DNA of 64,000 nucleotides, taken from NCBI GenBank assembly GCA_009914755.4, contig CP068257.2:7488001-7552000 (forward strand). Reading direction: 5' to 3'. Position 1 is the stretch's first letter, and each line of letters starts with the position of its first letter. Positions 1 to 14,060 of the stretch are shown piece after piece. A program made the position numbers and the translations under genes. The notes beneath the pieces were generated by a model that worked only from the letters and a program-made list of their open reading frames with translations, did not search any database and had not been told where the DNA came from. Source of the stretch: the human T2T-CHM13v2.0 reference genome, Homo sapiens.

Positions 1-62
1 GATCTGCCCGCCTCAGCCTCCCAAACTGCTGGGATTGCAGGCATGAACCACTGCACCCGGCC
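1..62 (-). mobile_element. Alu SINE, 5' part, antisense, truncated by the window edge
   Basis: gatctgcccgcctcagcctcccaaa...ctgcacccggcc is the reverse complement of the Alu 5' end GGCCGGGCGCGGTGGCTCA... Confidence 0.8.
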
Positions 63-446
<384 letters not shown>

Positions 447-479
447 TCTCTTTTTAAAATTTTATTTGCAGATTGTTCA

Positions 480-1790
480 TTGTTAGTTTATGGAAATGCA
501 ACTGACTTGTGTGTGTTACTGTATCCTGAAACTTTGTTGAATTTCATTATTTTACCAATATTTTGGGAATTTCAGGATTTTTACCCATTACATCCTGTTG
601 TCTGTGAACAAAATTTTGTACTTTTTCCTTTCCAATTTGCATCATTTTTATTACTTTCTCTTGACTCATTATTCTGAGTAGAAATTCCAGTACTGTGATG
701 AATAGACGTGGCAGGAAGAGATGTTGCTATCTTATTCCTGATCCTAGAGGAAAAGATTTTAGTCTTTCACCATTGAGTATGATGTTAGCTGTGAGCTTTT
801 CATGTATAATCTTTATTTACTGAGGAGTTTCCATATATTACTAATTCTTTGAGTGTTTTTATTACAAAAGGTGTTCATCTGGCTCTGGAACCAGATAAAT
901 GTTGACCTGATAGAATGGATTGGAATGTTCCCTTCTGGTTTTTGAACATTTTTGGAATATTTTGCAGAGGATTGGCGTTAATTCTTCTTGAAATGTTTGG
1001 TAAAATTTTCCAGTGAAGTTATCTGGACCTGGAATTTTCTTTTTGGTGGGGTTTTTGATTACTGGTTGAATCTTCTTACTAGTTACAAGTCTCTTTGGAT
1101 TTTTTATTTCTCCGTGATGCAGTATGGTGGTTTGTGTTTCTAGGAATTTATAAATTTATTCTAGGTTGCCCAGTTTTGTGGCATATGGTTGCTCACATTA
1201 GTCTCTTGTAATCTTTTTCATTTCTGTGGCATCTGTTGTACTGTCACCTATTTTATTCATGATTTTAGTATTTGAGATTTCTCTTTTTTTCTTAATATAG
1301 CTGTGAGTTTTAAACTTTTTATTGATCTTTAAAAAAACAAACTCATTGTTTTTTTTCCTTTTTTTTCTGGTCTTATTCTGCTTATCTCTGCTCTAATCTG
1401 TTATTTTCTTCCTTTTGCTTGGTTTGTCATTAGTTTTTTTTTCCCCCCTTCAGGTGTAATGTTAGGTTATTGATTTGAGATCTTTCTTCTTTTTAATTTA
1501 AGCACCTGCAGCTATAAGCTTCCCTTTAGCAAGGGTTTGAGATATTTCTTCTTTTTAATTTAAGCATCTGCAGCTGTAAGCTTCCCTTTAGCATGGGTTT
1601 GAGATCTTTCTTCTTTTTAATTTAAGCATCTGCAGCTGTAAGCTTCCCTTTAGCACTGCCTTTGTTGCCTCCTCCTGAGTTTGGGTATGTCATGGTTTCG
1701 TTTTCATTTGCTTAAACATTTTTTGTCCTATTGTAATATAATTGTGTTGTTTTTAATAAAGGTAATTAATGAAACACATAATGAATTGTG
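480..1790 (-). mobile_element. L1 LINE fragment, antisense (ORF2 region)
   Basis: Matches antisense L1 ORF2, e.g. cttattcctgatcctagaggaaaagattttagtctttcaccattgagtatgatgttagctgtg and tggtggggtttttgattactggttgaatc. Confidence 0.7.
1483..1662. repeat. Tandem triplication of a ~59-bp unit inside the L1 fragment
   Basis: agatctttcttctttttaatttaagca(c/t)ctgcagct(a/g)taagcttccctttagca.gggtttg occurs three times head to tail. Confidence 0.8.
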
Positions 1791-1842
1791 CTTCTGTTTT
1801 AATAATATTTTAAGCATTCTTAACTCAGAAATGTAAATTTTA

Positions 1843-2184
<342 letters not shown>

Positions 2185-2334
2185 TTATTTGTATTTCAAT
2201 TTAGAAACTATGATCTCCTAAGTGTATTGACACAGCAACCTGACATAAAGATAAAGAATAATAAGCATATAACAAAATGGAAACTTGCAAATACCTGTTT
2301 TTTATTAATTTTTAATTATATATATTTAAAAATT

Positions 2335-2627
2335 GCCAGGTGCAGTGGCTTACACCTGTAATCCCAGCACTTTGGGAGGCTGAGGTGGGCAGATCACATG
2401 AGGTCAGGAGTTTGAGACCAGCCTGGCCAACATGGTGAAACTTCATCTCTATTAAAAATCAAAAAATTAGCCAGGCTTGATAGCATGCATCTGTAGTCCC
2501 AGCTACTCGGGAGACTGAGTCAGGAGAATTGCTTGAACATGGGAGGCGAGGTTGCAGTGAGCCAAGATAGTGCCACTGCACTCCAGCCTGGGTGACAGAG
2601 TGAGGCTCTGTCTCAAAAAAATAAAAA
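2335..2627 (+). mobile_element. Alu SINE
   Basis: gccaggtgcagtggcttacacctgtaatcccagcactttgggaggctgaggtggg...gtctcaaaaaaataaaaa. Confidence 0.9.
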
Positions 2628-2629
2628 TT

Positions 2630-3280
<651 letters not shown>

Positions 3281-3406
3281 GAATATATACATCTTAATGA
3301 GTATAGAGATAAATATTCGCCCCAGGACTCATCACAACAAATAATACCGTAAACTTGACCATCACCCCCCATATATTTCTCATTCTCACCCTTTTTAAAA
3401 AATGAG

Positions 3407-3705
3407 ACCGGGAGTGGTGGCTCACGCCTGTAATCCCAGCACTTTGGGAGGCCAAGGCAGGTGGATCACGAGGTCAGGAGATCAAGATCATCCTGGCTAA
3501 CACAGTGAAACCCCGTTTCTACTAAAAATACAGAAAATTAGCCAGGCGTGATGGCGGGCACCTGTAGTCCCAGCTACTCAGGAGACTGAGGCAGGATAAT
3601 GGTGTGAACTCGGGAGGCAGAGCTTGCAGTGAGCCGAGATCGTGCCACTGCACTCCAGCCTGGGCAACAGAGTATGACTCCGTCTCAAAAAAAAAAAAAA
3701 AAAAA
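3407..3705 (+). mobile_element. Alu SINE
   Basis: gaccgggagtggtggctcacgcctgtaatcccagcactttgggaggccaaggcaggtggatcacgaggtcaggagatcaagatc...19-bp poly-A tail. Confidence 0.9.
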
Positions 3706-3989
3706 TGAGATGACCATTTCACCTAAGATATACCCTCTTAAGTATTTTTTTAAGTGTACAATACAGGACGGCCATGCATCAGAGATATATGTGGGTTTGG
3801 TTCCAGACCACTGCAATAAAGTGTTATACAATTTCTTTTGGTTTCCCAGTGCATGTAAAAGTATGTTTATACTGTGCTGTATAAAGTGTGCAATAACATA
3901 TGTCTACAAAGTATGCACACTTTAATTTACAAATACTTTATTGTTAACAAGTGCTAACAGTCATCTGAGCCTTCAGAAAGCTGCAATCT

Positions 3990-4255
3990 TTTTGTGTGTG
4001 TGTGACAGGGTTTTACTCTGTGGCTCAGGCTGGAGTAATTGCAGCCTCAACCTCATGCTCAATCAAACCCCCACCTCAGACTCCTGACTAGCTGGGACTA
4101 CAGGTGCATGCCACCGTGTCCAGCTAATTTTTGTATTTTTTTTTTTGTAGAGATGGGGTTTTGCTATGTTGCCTTGACGTCCTGGGCTCAAGCAATCCAC
4201 CCACCTTGGCCTCCCAAGGTGTTGGGATGACAGGTGTGAGCCACTGCACCTGGCC
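3990..4255 (-). mobile_element. Alu SINE (antisense) nested in Tigger1
   Basis: gacagggttttactctgtggctcaggctggagtaattgcagcctcaacctc...gggatgacaggtgtgagccactgcacctggcc. Confidence 0.9.
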
Positions 4256-4825
4256 AAGTTTCAGTCTTCTTACTGATGGAGGGTCTTACGTTAATGTAAG
4301 GTGGTGGTTGCTGAGCGTTGGGGTGGCTGTGGCAATTTCTTAAAATAAGACAACGTTGAAGTTTGCTGTGTCAAGTGACTCTCCCTTTCACAAAAGAATT
4401 AACTGTAGCATACGATGATAGCTTTTTACCCACAGTAGAACTTTCAAAATTGAATTCAATGCTGTCAAACCTTCATACTGCTGTACCAACTAAGTTTATG
4501 TATTATCGTAAATCATTGGGCTCAATCCTGTCAAGCCTTCCTTCTGCTGTACCAAGTTTATTTTAAATCTGTTGTCATCTCAACATTGTTTACACTGTCT
4601 TCACCACGAGTAGATTTCATCTCAAGAAACCACTTTCTTTGCTCATCCGTGGAAGCAACTCATCCTCTCACGTTTTCTCCACAGGCTGCTGCAGTCTCGC
4701 CAGATCTTCAGGCTTTGTCTCTGATTCTAGTGCTCTTGTTATTTCCACCATATCTGCAGTTACTTCCTCCACAGAAGTCGTGAACCCCTGTGTCATCAGT
4801 GAGGGTTGGAATAATCTTCCCAACT

Positions 4826-5126
<301 letters not shown>

Positions 5127-5986
5127 CCAACTTCTCCTAATGTTGCTATTTTGATCTTCTTTTTTTTAAATCATGAATGTTCTCAATGGCATCTAGAATG
5201 GTGAATCCTTTCCAGTAGGTTTTCAATTATTTTGCCCAGATCCATCAAAGGAATCACTTTCTAGAGAAGCTATAGCTTTATGAAATATATTTTTTAAGTG
5301 ATAAGACTTGAAATTTGAAATTATTCTTTGATCCAAGGGCACCAGAATGAATGTTGGGTTAGTAGGCATGAAAACAATATTCAGCTCTTTATACATCTCT
5401 GTAAAAGCCCTTGAGTACCAGGGGCATTGTCAGTGAGTGGTAATACTTTGAAAGGAATCTTATTTCTTGAGCAGTAGTTGTCGACAGTGGGCTTAAGATA
5501 TTCAATAAACCATATTTGTAAACCGATAGTCTGTCATCCAGGCTTTCTTCCCATTTGTAGAGTACAGGCAGAGCTGTGTTTTATCATAATTCTTCAGGGC
5601 CCTTGGATTTTCAGAATAGTAAATCATCATTGGTTTCAAGTTAACATCACCAACTGCATTAGGCCTTAACAAAAGAGTCAGCATGTCCTTTGAATCCTTA
5701 AATCCAGGCATCAACTCCTCTCTAGCTGGGAACATCCTGGATGGCATCTCCTTCTAGTAGAAGGCTGTTTTGTCTCCACTGCAAATCTGTTTAGTGTAGC
5801 CATCTTAATCAATTATCTTCTAGATAGCTTTCTGCAGCTTTTCCATCAGTACTTGCTGCTTTATCTTGCGCTTTTATGTTATGGAGATGACTTTTTTCCT
5901 TAAACCTCAAGAAACAAGCTCTTCTAGCTTCAGACTTTTCTTCTGCAGCTGCCTCACCTCTCTAAGTCTTCATAGAATTGAAGGGA

Positions 5987-6298
<312 letters not shown>

Positions 6299-7288
6299 GA
6301 GTTAGGCTTAGGCTTAATGGAATTTTTTTTTTGTTTTTTTATCTTCTATCTAGACCAATTAAACTTTCTCCATAACAGCAGCAAGATTGTTTAGCTTTTT
6401 ATCATTCATGTATTCACTGGAGTAGTACTTTAAATTTCTTTCCAGAACACTTCCTTTGCATTCACAACTTGGCTAAGTGTTTGTTGCATGAGGTCTAGCT
6501 ACTGGCCTGTCTTGCTTACAGCATGCCTTAATCACTAAGCTTAATTATTTCTTCCTTTTGGTTTAAAGTGACAGACATGCAACTCTTCTTTCACTTGAAC
6601 ATACAGAGGCTATTGTAGGGTTATTAATTGGCCACATTTTAATATTAATTAAAAGAAGCCTGAGAAAAAGAGAGAGAAAGAGAAATGGCCCATTGGTGGG
6701 GCAGTCAGAACAAACGTATTTGTCAATTGTTTGCTTTCTTATCCTGGTGTGATTTGTGGTTCCCAAAACAATGACAACAGTAGCATTAAAGATCACTGAT
6801 TACAGATCACTATAACAGATTCAATAATAAAAAGCTTAAAATACTGTGAGAATGACCGAAATGTGACACAGAGACGTGAAGTGAGCACGTGCTGTAGGAA
6901 CAATGGTGCCAGTCAGACCTGCTTATTGCAGGGTGGCCACAAACCTTCAATATGTAAAACACATGGTCACAAAACACAATAAAGCAAAGTGCAATGAAAC
7001 AAGATATGTCTGTGTTTTGATAGACTCTGACAATCTCTATCTTTGAATTGGTACATTCATACCATTAGCATTCAAAGTGATTATTGATATCATTGGATTA
7101 ATATCTACTATATTTGTTACTGTTTTCTATTCATTCTCCTCAGTCTCCATTCTTTTGTCTACCACTCTTTTTCTGCCTTTTGCAGTTTTCATTGATGATT
7201 TTAGATGACTACATTTTCCCTGTCTTTCTTAGCATGTCCTTCTCTTTTTAAAACTTTTTTTTAAGTAGTTGCCACAGAATTTGCAATA

Positions 7289-7590
7289 TACATTTACAAC
7301 CAATTCAAGTCCACTTTCAAATAACACTATCCCACTATCCCACGAATAAGACTACCTGCTTAACAAACAAAACACCTAATTCCTCAGTAACATTTACAAC
7401 AAATTCAAGTCCACTTTCAAATAACACTATCCCACTATCCCACAAATAAGACTACCTGCTTAACAAAGAACACACCTAATTCCTCAATATACATTTACAA
7501 GCAATTCAAGTCCACTTTCAGATAACACTATCCCACTTCATGGGTGACTACCTGCTTAACAAAGAAAACACCTGATTCCTCCCTCCCATC
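7289..7590. repeat. Tandem repeat, ~100-bp unit x3
   Basis: acatttacaa.caattcaagtccactttcaaataacactatcccactatcccac.aataagactacctgcttaacaaa...cacctaattcctca repeated three times. Confidence 0.8.
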
Positions 7591-7890
7591 CTTCCATTCC
7601 ATTCCTTGTATTATTGTTCCTTATTTCACTTGTGTATAAGCACACATAATCTATCTGTGCGTATTTATTATTATCTACAAACTTATTGGTCAGATCAATT
7701 ATGAATAAATACATGTTTTTATTGTACCACAATTCCTCCCTCCCATCCTTCCATTCCATTCCTTGTATTAGTGTCACTCATTTCAATTGTGTATAAGCAT
7801 ACATAATCTATCTGTGTGTATTTGTTATTGTCTATGAACTTCTTGGTCAGATCAATTAAGAATAAATACATAGGTTTTTATTGTACCACA
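7575..7890. repeat. Tandem duplication, ~158-bp unit x2
   Basis: attcctccctcccatccttccattccattccttgtatta.tgt...ttgtgtataagca.acataatctatctgtg.gtattt.ttatt.tcta..aactt.ttggtcagatcaatta.gaataaatacat...ttttattgtaccaca occurs twice in tandem. Confidence 0.75.
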
Positions 7891-7899
7891 ATTCTTTAA

Positions 7900-8860
7900 T
7901 GCTCTTTTTAAAAAAATGTTGATCCAGGTTTCAGTTATATATCTTTTGTTTCCCTCTAAAGAATTTCATTTAACATTTCTTGCAAGACAGGTCTCCTGGC
8001 AACAAGTTTCTTGAATTTGTATTTTTCTGAGGAAGGCCTTAATTCTCCTTCACTTTTGAAGGGTGGTTTCAGTGGGTACAGAAACTTAGGTTGGTGGGTT
8101 TTTTTCTGTCAACATTTTGAATTTTTCATTTCACTGTCTTCTTGCTTTCACAGTTTCTGCAATGTTGAATGCAGTTCTTATCTTTGTGTCTCTGTAGGTA
8201 AGGTGTTTTCTGCCCCACCTCTGGTTTCTTTCAGAGTTTTCCTTTATCTTTTATTTCATATAGTTTGAAAATTATATGTCCAAGTGTAGGTTGTTGGCAT
8301 TTATTCTGCCTGGTGGTCTCTGAGCTTCCTGGATCTTTGGTTTGGTGTCTGACATTAATACTGGAAGTTCTCAGACATGGTTGTTGCAGAACTTTCTTCT
8401 ATTTTTTCTCCTCCTGGTATTCTCATTACTCTGTTGCACCTTTTGTAGTTGTCCCACAGTCTTGGATATCATCTTCTGTTCTTTTTAGTGTTTCTTTTCT
8501 TTAGTTTTTGAAGTTTCTGATGATAAATCCTCAAGCTCAGAGATTCTTTACTCAGCTGAGTCCAGTCTACTAATAAGCCATCAGAGGTATTCTTCAGTTA
8601 TTTACCACATTTTTTACCACTACATTATGTTGAAGGTTCTTACGATGTCTGTCTTTCTGATTACATTACCCATCTACACTTGAATGCTGTCTACTTCATT
8701 CATTAGACCCTTAGCATATTCTCCAGAGGTTTAAAAAAAATTCCAAAATCATATCTTTGTCTGCTTCTGAAGCTTGCTCTGTTGACACAAATTGTATTTT
8801 TTTCTTTTTTTGGATTTTAGTATGCCTTGCAATTTTTTCCCTTTATTCTCATGCATGAAG
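7900..8860 (-). mobile_element. L1 LINE fragment, antisense (low confidence on the exact region and subfamily)
   Basis: gtctcctggcaacaagtttcttgaatttgtatttttctgaggaaggccttaattctccttcacttttgaagggtggtttcagtgggtacagaaacttaggttggtgggttttttt resembles antisense L1 consensus from memory. Confidence 0.5.
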
Positions 8861-9040
8861 CACCCACTAAAGGTGACTGCTGTTAGTATAGCTTTAGTAA
8901 TGCGGTGATGAGGTGACAGGGCAGGTGATGCTCTCTTAATCTCTTTAGGCTACTATAACAAAATACTTTAGACTGAGTAATTCATAAACAACAGAGATTA
9001 TTGCTCACAGATCTGGAGGCTGGAAAGTCCAAGACTAAAG
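8860..9040. repeat. Fragment of a common primate interspersed repeat (family not named confidently), directly abutting the 48-bp satellite
   Basis: ctactataacaaaatactttagactgagtaattcataaacaacagagattattgctcacagatctggaggctggaaagtccaagactaaaggggcagaatatttagtgtttggtgaaggtc. This is the widespread ...tataacaaaataccatagactgggtggcttaaacaacagaaatttatttctcacagttctggaggctggaagtccaag... motif. Confidence 0.4.
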
Positions 9041-12000
9041 GGGCAGAATATTTAGTGTTTGGTGAAGGTCAAACATTCAGACACTCGCAACGACTATAGT
9101 GACAGCAGCAGTCTTCAGGAATCCTATGTGAGGGAAAAACATTCAGACCACAGCAGGAGTGCTCGGGAATCCTATGTGAGGGACAAACATTCAGACCCCA
9201 GCAGTAGTGTTGTGGAATCCTATGTGAGGGGAAAACTTTCAAACCCTTGTAGCAGTGTTCTGCAATCTTATGTGAGGGGCAAAAATTCAGAACCTTGTAG
9301 CAGTGTTCTGGAATCCTATATGAGGAACAATCAGACCACAGCAGGAATGTTCTGGAATCCTATGTGAGGGGCAAACATTCAGACCACAGCAGGAGTGTTC
9401 TGGAATCCTATGTGAGGGAAAAACATTCAGACCACAGCAGGAGTGCTCTGTAATCCTATGTGAGGGACAAACATTTCAAAACCTTGTAGAAGTGTGCTGG
9501 GATGTTATGTCAGGGACAGACATTTAGACCCTCGCAGCAGTGTTCTAGAATCCCATCTGCGGGACAAACATTCAGACACTCGCAGCAGTGTTCTGGAATT
9601 CTATGTGAGGGACAGACATTCAAACCCCAACAGCAGTGTTCTAGAATCCTATGTGAGGGACAGACGTTCAGACCCCAGCAGCAGTGTTCTGGAATCCTAT
9701 GTGAGGTACAAACATTCAGACACCAGCAGAAGTGTTCTGGAATCCTATGTGAGGGACAAACATTCAGACCCTCGTAGCACTGTTCAGGAATCCTATGTGA
9801 GGGACAAACATTCAGACCCTCCTAGCAGTGTTCTGGAATCTTATGTGAGGGACAAACATTCAAACCACAGCAGCAGTGTTCTGGAATCCTACGTGAAGGA
9901 CAAACTTTCAGACCACAGCAGGAGAGTTCTGGAATCCTATGTGAGGGACAAACTTTCAGACCAAAGCAGGAGTGTTCTTAAATCCTATATGAAGGACAAA
10001 CATTCAGACCCCAGGAACACTGTTCTGAAATCCTATGATAAGGGCAAACATTCAGACCCCAACATGAATGTTCTGGAATCCTATGTGAGGGACAAGCATT
10101 AAGACCATAGCAGGAGTATTCTGGAATCCTATGTGAGGGACAAACATTCAGACCCTTGTAGAAGTGTTCTGGAATCCTATGTGATTAAAAAAACATTGAG
10201 ACCACAGCAGGAGTGCTCTGGAATCCTATGTGAGGGACAAACATTCAGACCCCAGAAGGAGTGTTCTGGAATCCTATGTAAAGGACAAACATTCAGACCC
10301 TCGTAGCAGTGTTCTGGAATCCTATGTGAGGGAAAAACATTCAGAACCTCGTAGCAGTGTTCTGGAATCGTATGTGAGGGACAAACATTCAGACCCTCCC
10401 AGCAGTCTTCTGGAATTCTATGTGAGGGACAGACATTCAAACCCCAGCAGCAGGGTTCTGGAATCCGATGTGAGGGACAGACATTCAGACCCCAGCAGCA
10501 GTCTTCTGGAATCCTATGTGAGGGACAAACTTTCAAACACTCATAGCAGTGTTCTGGAATCCTATGTGAGGTACAAACATTCAGACCCTCATAGCAGTGT
10601 TCTGGAATCCTATGTGAGGTACAAACATTCAGACCCTCATAGCAGTGTTCTGGAATACTATGTGAGGGACAACCATTCAGACCATGGCAGTTCTGAAATG
10701 CTATGTGAAGGACAAACATTCACACCCTCGTAGCAGTGTTCTGGAATCCTATGTGAAGGACAGACATTTAGACCCTCGAAGCAGTGTTCTGCAGTCTTAA
10801 GTGAGGAACAAAAATTCAGACCCTCGTAACAGTGTTCTGGAATCCTTTTTTGAGGGACAGACATTGAGACCCCAGCAGCAGTGGTCTGGAATACCATGTG
10901 AGGGACAAACATTCACACCCCAGCAACACTGTTCTGTAATCGTATGTGAGGGACAAGCATTCAGACCCCAGCAGCAGTGTTCTGGAATCTTATGTGAGGG
11001 ACAAACATTGAGACCCTCGTAGCAGTGTTCTGGAATCCTACGTGAGACACAAACATTCGTACCACAGCAGAAGTGTTCCGGAATCTTATGTGAGGGACAA
11101 CCATTCAGATCACAGCAGGAGTGTTCTGGAATCCTTTGTGAGGGACAACCATTCAGACCACAGCAGGAGTGTTCTGGAATCCTATGTGAGGGACAAATAT
11201 TCAGACCTCAGCAGGAGGGTTCTGGAATCCTGTGTGAGGGACCAACATTCAGACCCTCGTAGCAGTGTTCTGGAATGCTATGTGAAAGACAACCATTCAG
11301 ACTCTCATAGCAATGTTCTGGAATCCTATGTCAGGGACATTCAGACCCCAGCCGCAGTGTTCTGGAATCCTATGTGACAGACAAACATTCAGACCACAGC
11401 AGGATCGTTCTGGAATCCTATGTGACAGAAAAACGTTCAGACCATAGCAGTAGTGTTCTGCAATCCAATGTGAGGGACAAACATTCAGAGCCCAGCAGCA
11501 GTGTTCAGGAATCCTATGTGAGGGACCAACAATCAGACCCTCGTAGCAGAGTTCTGAAATCCTATGTGAGGGACAAACATTCAGAACCCAGCTGCAGTGT
11601 TCTGGAATCCTATGTGACAGAAAAACATTCCGACCACAGCAGCAGTGTTCTGGAATCCTATGTACGGTACAAACTTTCAGACCACAGCAGGAGAGTTCTG
11701 GAATCCTATGTGAGGGACAAACTTTCAGACCCCAGGAGCAGTGTTCTGAAATCCTATGTTAAGGGCAAGCATTTACATCCCAGTGTGAATGTTCTCGAAT
11801 CCTAGGTAAGGGACAAACATTCAGACCACAGCAGGAGTGTTCTCGAATCCTATGTGAGGAACAAACATTCAGACCACAGAAGGAGTGTTCTGGAATACAA
11901 TGTGAGGGACATTCAGACCCTCTTAGCAGTGTTCTGGAGTCCTATGTGGTGAGCAAACTTTCAGACCACAGCAGGAATATTCTGGAATCCTATGTGAGGG

Positions 12001-13722
12001 TCAAACATTCAGACCACAGCAGGAGTGTTCTGGAATCCTATGTGAGGGCAAACATTCAGACCCACGTGGCAGTGTTCTGGAATCCTAAGTGAGGGACAAA
12101 TATTCAGACCACAGCAGGAGTGCTCTGGAATCCTATGTGAGGGACAAACATTCAGAACCTCGTAGCAGTGTCCTGAAATCTTATGTGAGGGAGAGACATT
12201 TAGACCCTCGCAGCAGTGTTCTGGTATCCCATGTGAGGGACAAACATTCAGACCCTCCCAGCCATATTCTGGAATTCTATGTGAGGGAAAGACGTTCAAA
12301 CCCCAGCAGCAGTGTTCTGGAATCTGATTTGAGGGGCAGACATTCAGACCCCAGCAGCAGTGTTCTGGAATGCTATGTGAAGGACAAACATTCAGACCAC
12401 GGGAGCAGTGTTCTAGAATCCTACGTGAAGGACAAACATTAAGACTCTCATAGCAGTGTCCTGGAATCATATGTGAGGAACAACCATTCAGACACCAGCA
12501 GAAGTGTTCTGGAATCCTAGGTGTGGGAAAAACATTCAGAACCTAGTAGCAGTGTTCTGGAATCCTATGTGAGGGACATACATTCAGACCACGGCAGCAG
12601 TGTTCTGGAATGGTATGTGAAGGACAAACATTCAGACCCTTGTAGCAGTGTTCCGGAATTCTATGTGAGGGACAAACATTCAGACTACAGCAGCAGTGTT
12701 CTGGAATCCTATATGACGGACCAACGTTCAGACACTTGCAACAGTGTTCTGGAATACTAGGTGAGGGAGAAATATTCACACCCTTGTAGCAGTGTTCTGG
12801 AATTCTATGTGACTGACAAACATTCAGACTCCAGCAGCAGTGTTCTGTAATCCTATGTGAGTGACAAACATTCAGACCCCAAGAGCAGTGTTCTGAAATC
12901 CTATGTTAAGGGAAACATTGAGACCCCAGCATGAATGTTCTGGAATCCTATGTGAGGGACAAACATTCAGACCACGGCAGGAGTATTCTGGAATCCTATG
13001 TGAGGGACAAACATTCAGACTACGGCAGGAGTATTCTGGAATCCTATGTGAGGGACAAACATTCAGACCACGGCAGGAGTATTCTGGAATCCTATGTGAG
13101 GAACAAACATTTAGACCACAGCAGGAGTGTTCTGGAATCCTATATGAGGGATAAGCATTCAGACCCTCGTAGCAGTGTTCTGGAATCCTATGTGAGGGAG
13201 AAGCATTCAGAGCACAGCAGGAGTGCTCTGAAATCCTATGTTAGGGACAAACATTCAGAACCTCGTAACATTGTTCGGGAAACCTATGTGAGGGACAGAC
13301 ATTTAGACCCTCGCAGCAGTGTTCTGGAATCCCATGTGAGGGTCAAACATTCAGATCCTCACAGCAGTGTTCTGGAATTCTATGTGAGTGACAAACTTCC
13401 AGACTCCAGCAGCAGTGTTCTGTATTCCTATGTGAAGGACAAACATTCAGAATCCAGGAGCAGTGTTTTGAAATCATATGTTAAGGGCAAACATACCCTA
13501 GCATCACTGTTCTAGAATCATATGTGAGGGACAGACATTCAGACCCTCGCAGCAGTGTTCTGGAATCCTAGATGGGGGACAAACATTCAGACCCCAGCAG
13601 CAGGCTTCTGGAATCCTATGTGGGGGACAAACATTCAGACAATGGCAGCAGTGTTCTGGAATCCTACGTGAGGGACAAACACTCAGAGCCTTGTAGCAGT
13701 GTTCTGGAATCCTATGTGAGTG
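9040..13722. repeat. 48-bp satellite array, ~97 tandem units. Candidate CER-type (D22Z3-like) centromeric 48-bp repeat
   Basis: Unit GGAATCCTATGTGAGGGACAAACATTCAGACC(CCAGC/ACAGC/CTCGT)AG(C/G)AGTGTTCT, counted at 48 bp and repeated head to tail for 4,683 bp. Because 48 is 16 codons, stop-free frames occur on both strands, e.g. the SVLESYVRDKHSDPRS 16-aa periodicity in ORF 9494-10102 and the HRIPEHCYEGLNVCPS periodicity on the minus strand. The CER assignment is from memory of a 48-bp pericentromeric satellite. Confidence 0.9.
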
Positions 13723-13729
13723 AGAGTGC

Positions 13730-14060
13730 CTGGAGCCTACCCAACCTGACGCCCCCAAAGCCCTCACAGGGTCTGACCTCCCAGCATGCACCTGCCTCTC
13801 CCTGAACCCCAACTGCCCACCCTGCCTGTTCCCTGGCCTCCTTCATCCTGTGCAGCCCATAGACTGTGACCATCTCTGCAGCCACTCTGGCTCTTCCTTT
13901 ACCTTTGTCCTTTCAGAATCTCTGAGCAGGATCTCCCAGGTCCATCCAAACACGTGCTTTGTCCACTTTTGACTAGGCCCTTGGGCATCACTGGGCTATC
14001 CCAGCTGTCCACAGGGCCTTCAATAATGCACATTGCACCTGGCTTATCCAAGCAGTGCTC
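13730..14060. repeat. GC-rich flank module F (duplicated copy of 28,480-28,800)
   Basis: cacctgacgcccccaaagccctcacagggtctgacctcccagcatgcacctgcctctccctgaaccccaactgcccaccctgcctgttccctggcctcct.catcctgtgcag.ccatagactgtgac.atctct...tttgtccacttttgact.ggcc is present at both sites with a few percent divergence. Confidence 0.8.

Noticed and set aside
9059-13515. Very long ORFs on both strands inside the 48-bp array (e.g. 9494-10102 + 202 aa, 12931-13515 + 194 aa, 10177-10719 - 180 aa, 12009-12470 - 153 aa) that look like a repetitive-protein gene
   Set aside because: They are a direct consequence of a 48-bp (16-codon) tandem unit with few stop codons in several frames. Open frames exist simultaneously on both strands and in multiple phases, and different stretches use different frames. 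There are no splice or initiation signals. The composition follows the repeat and not codon usage.
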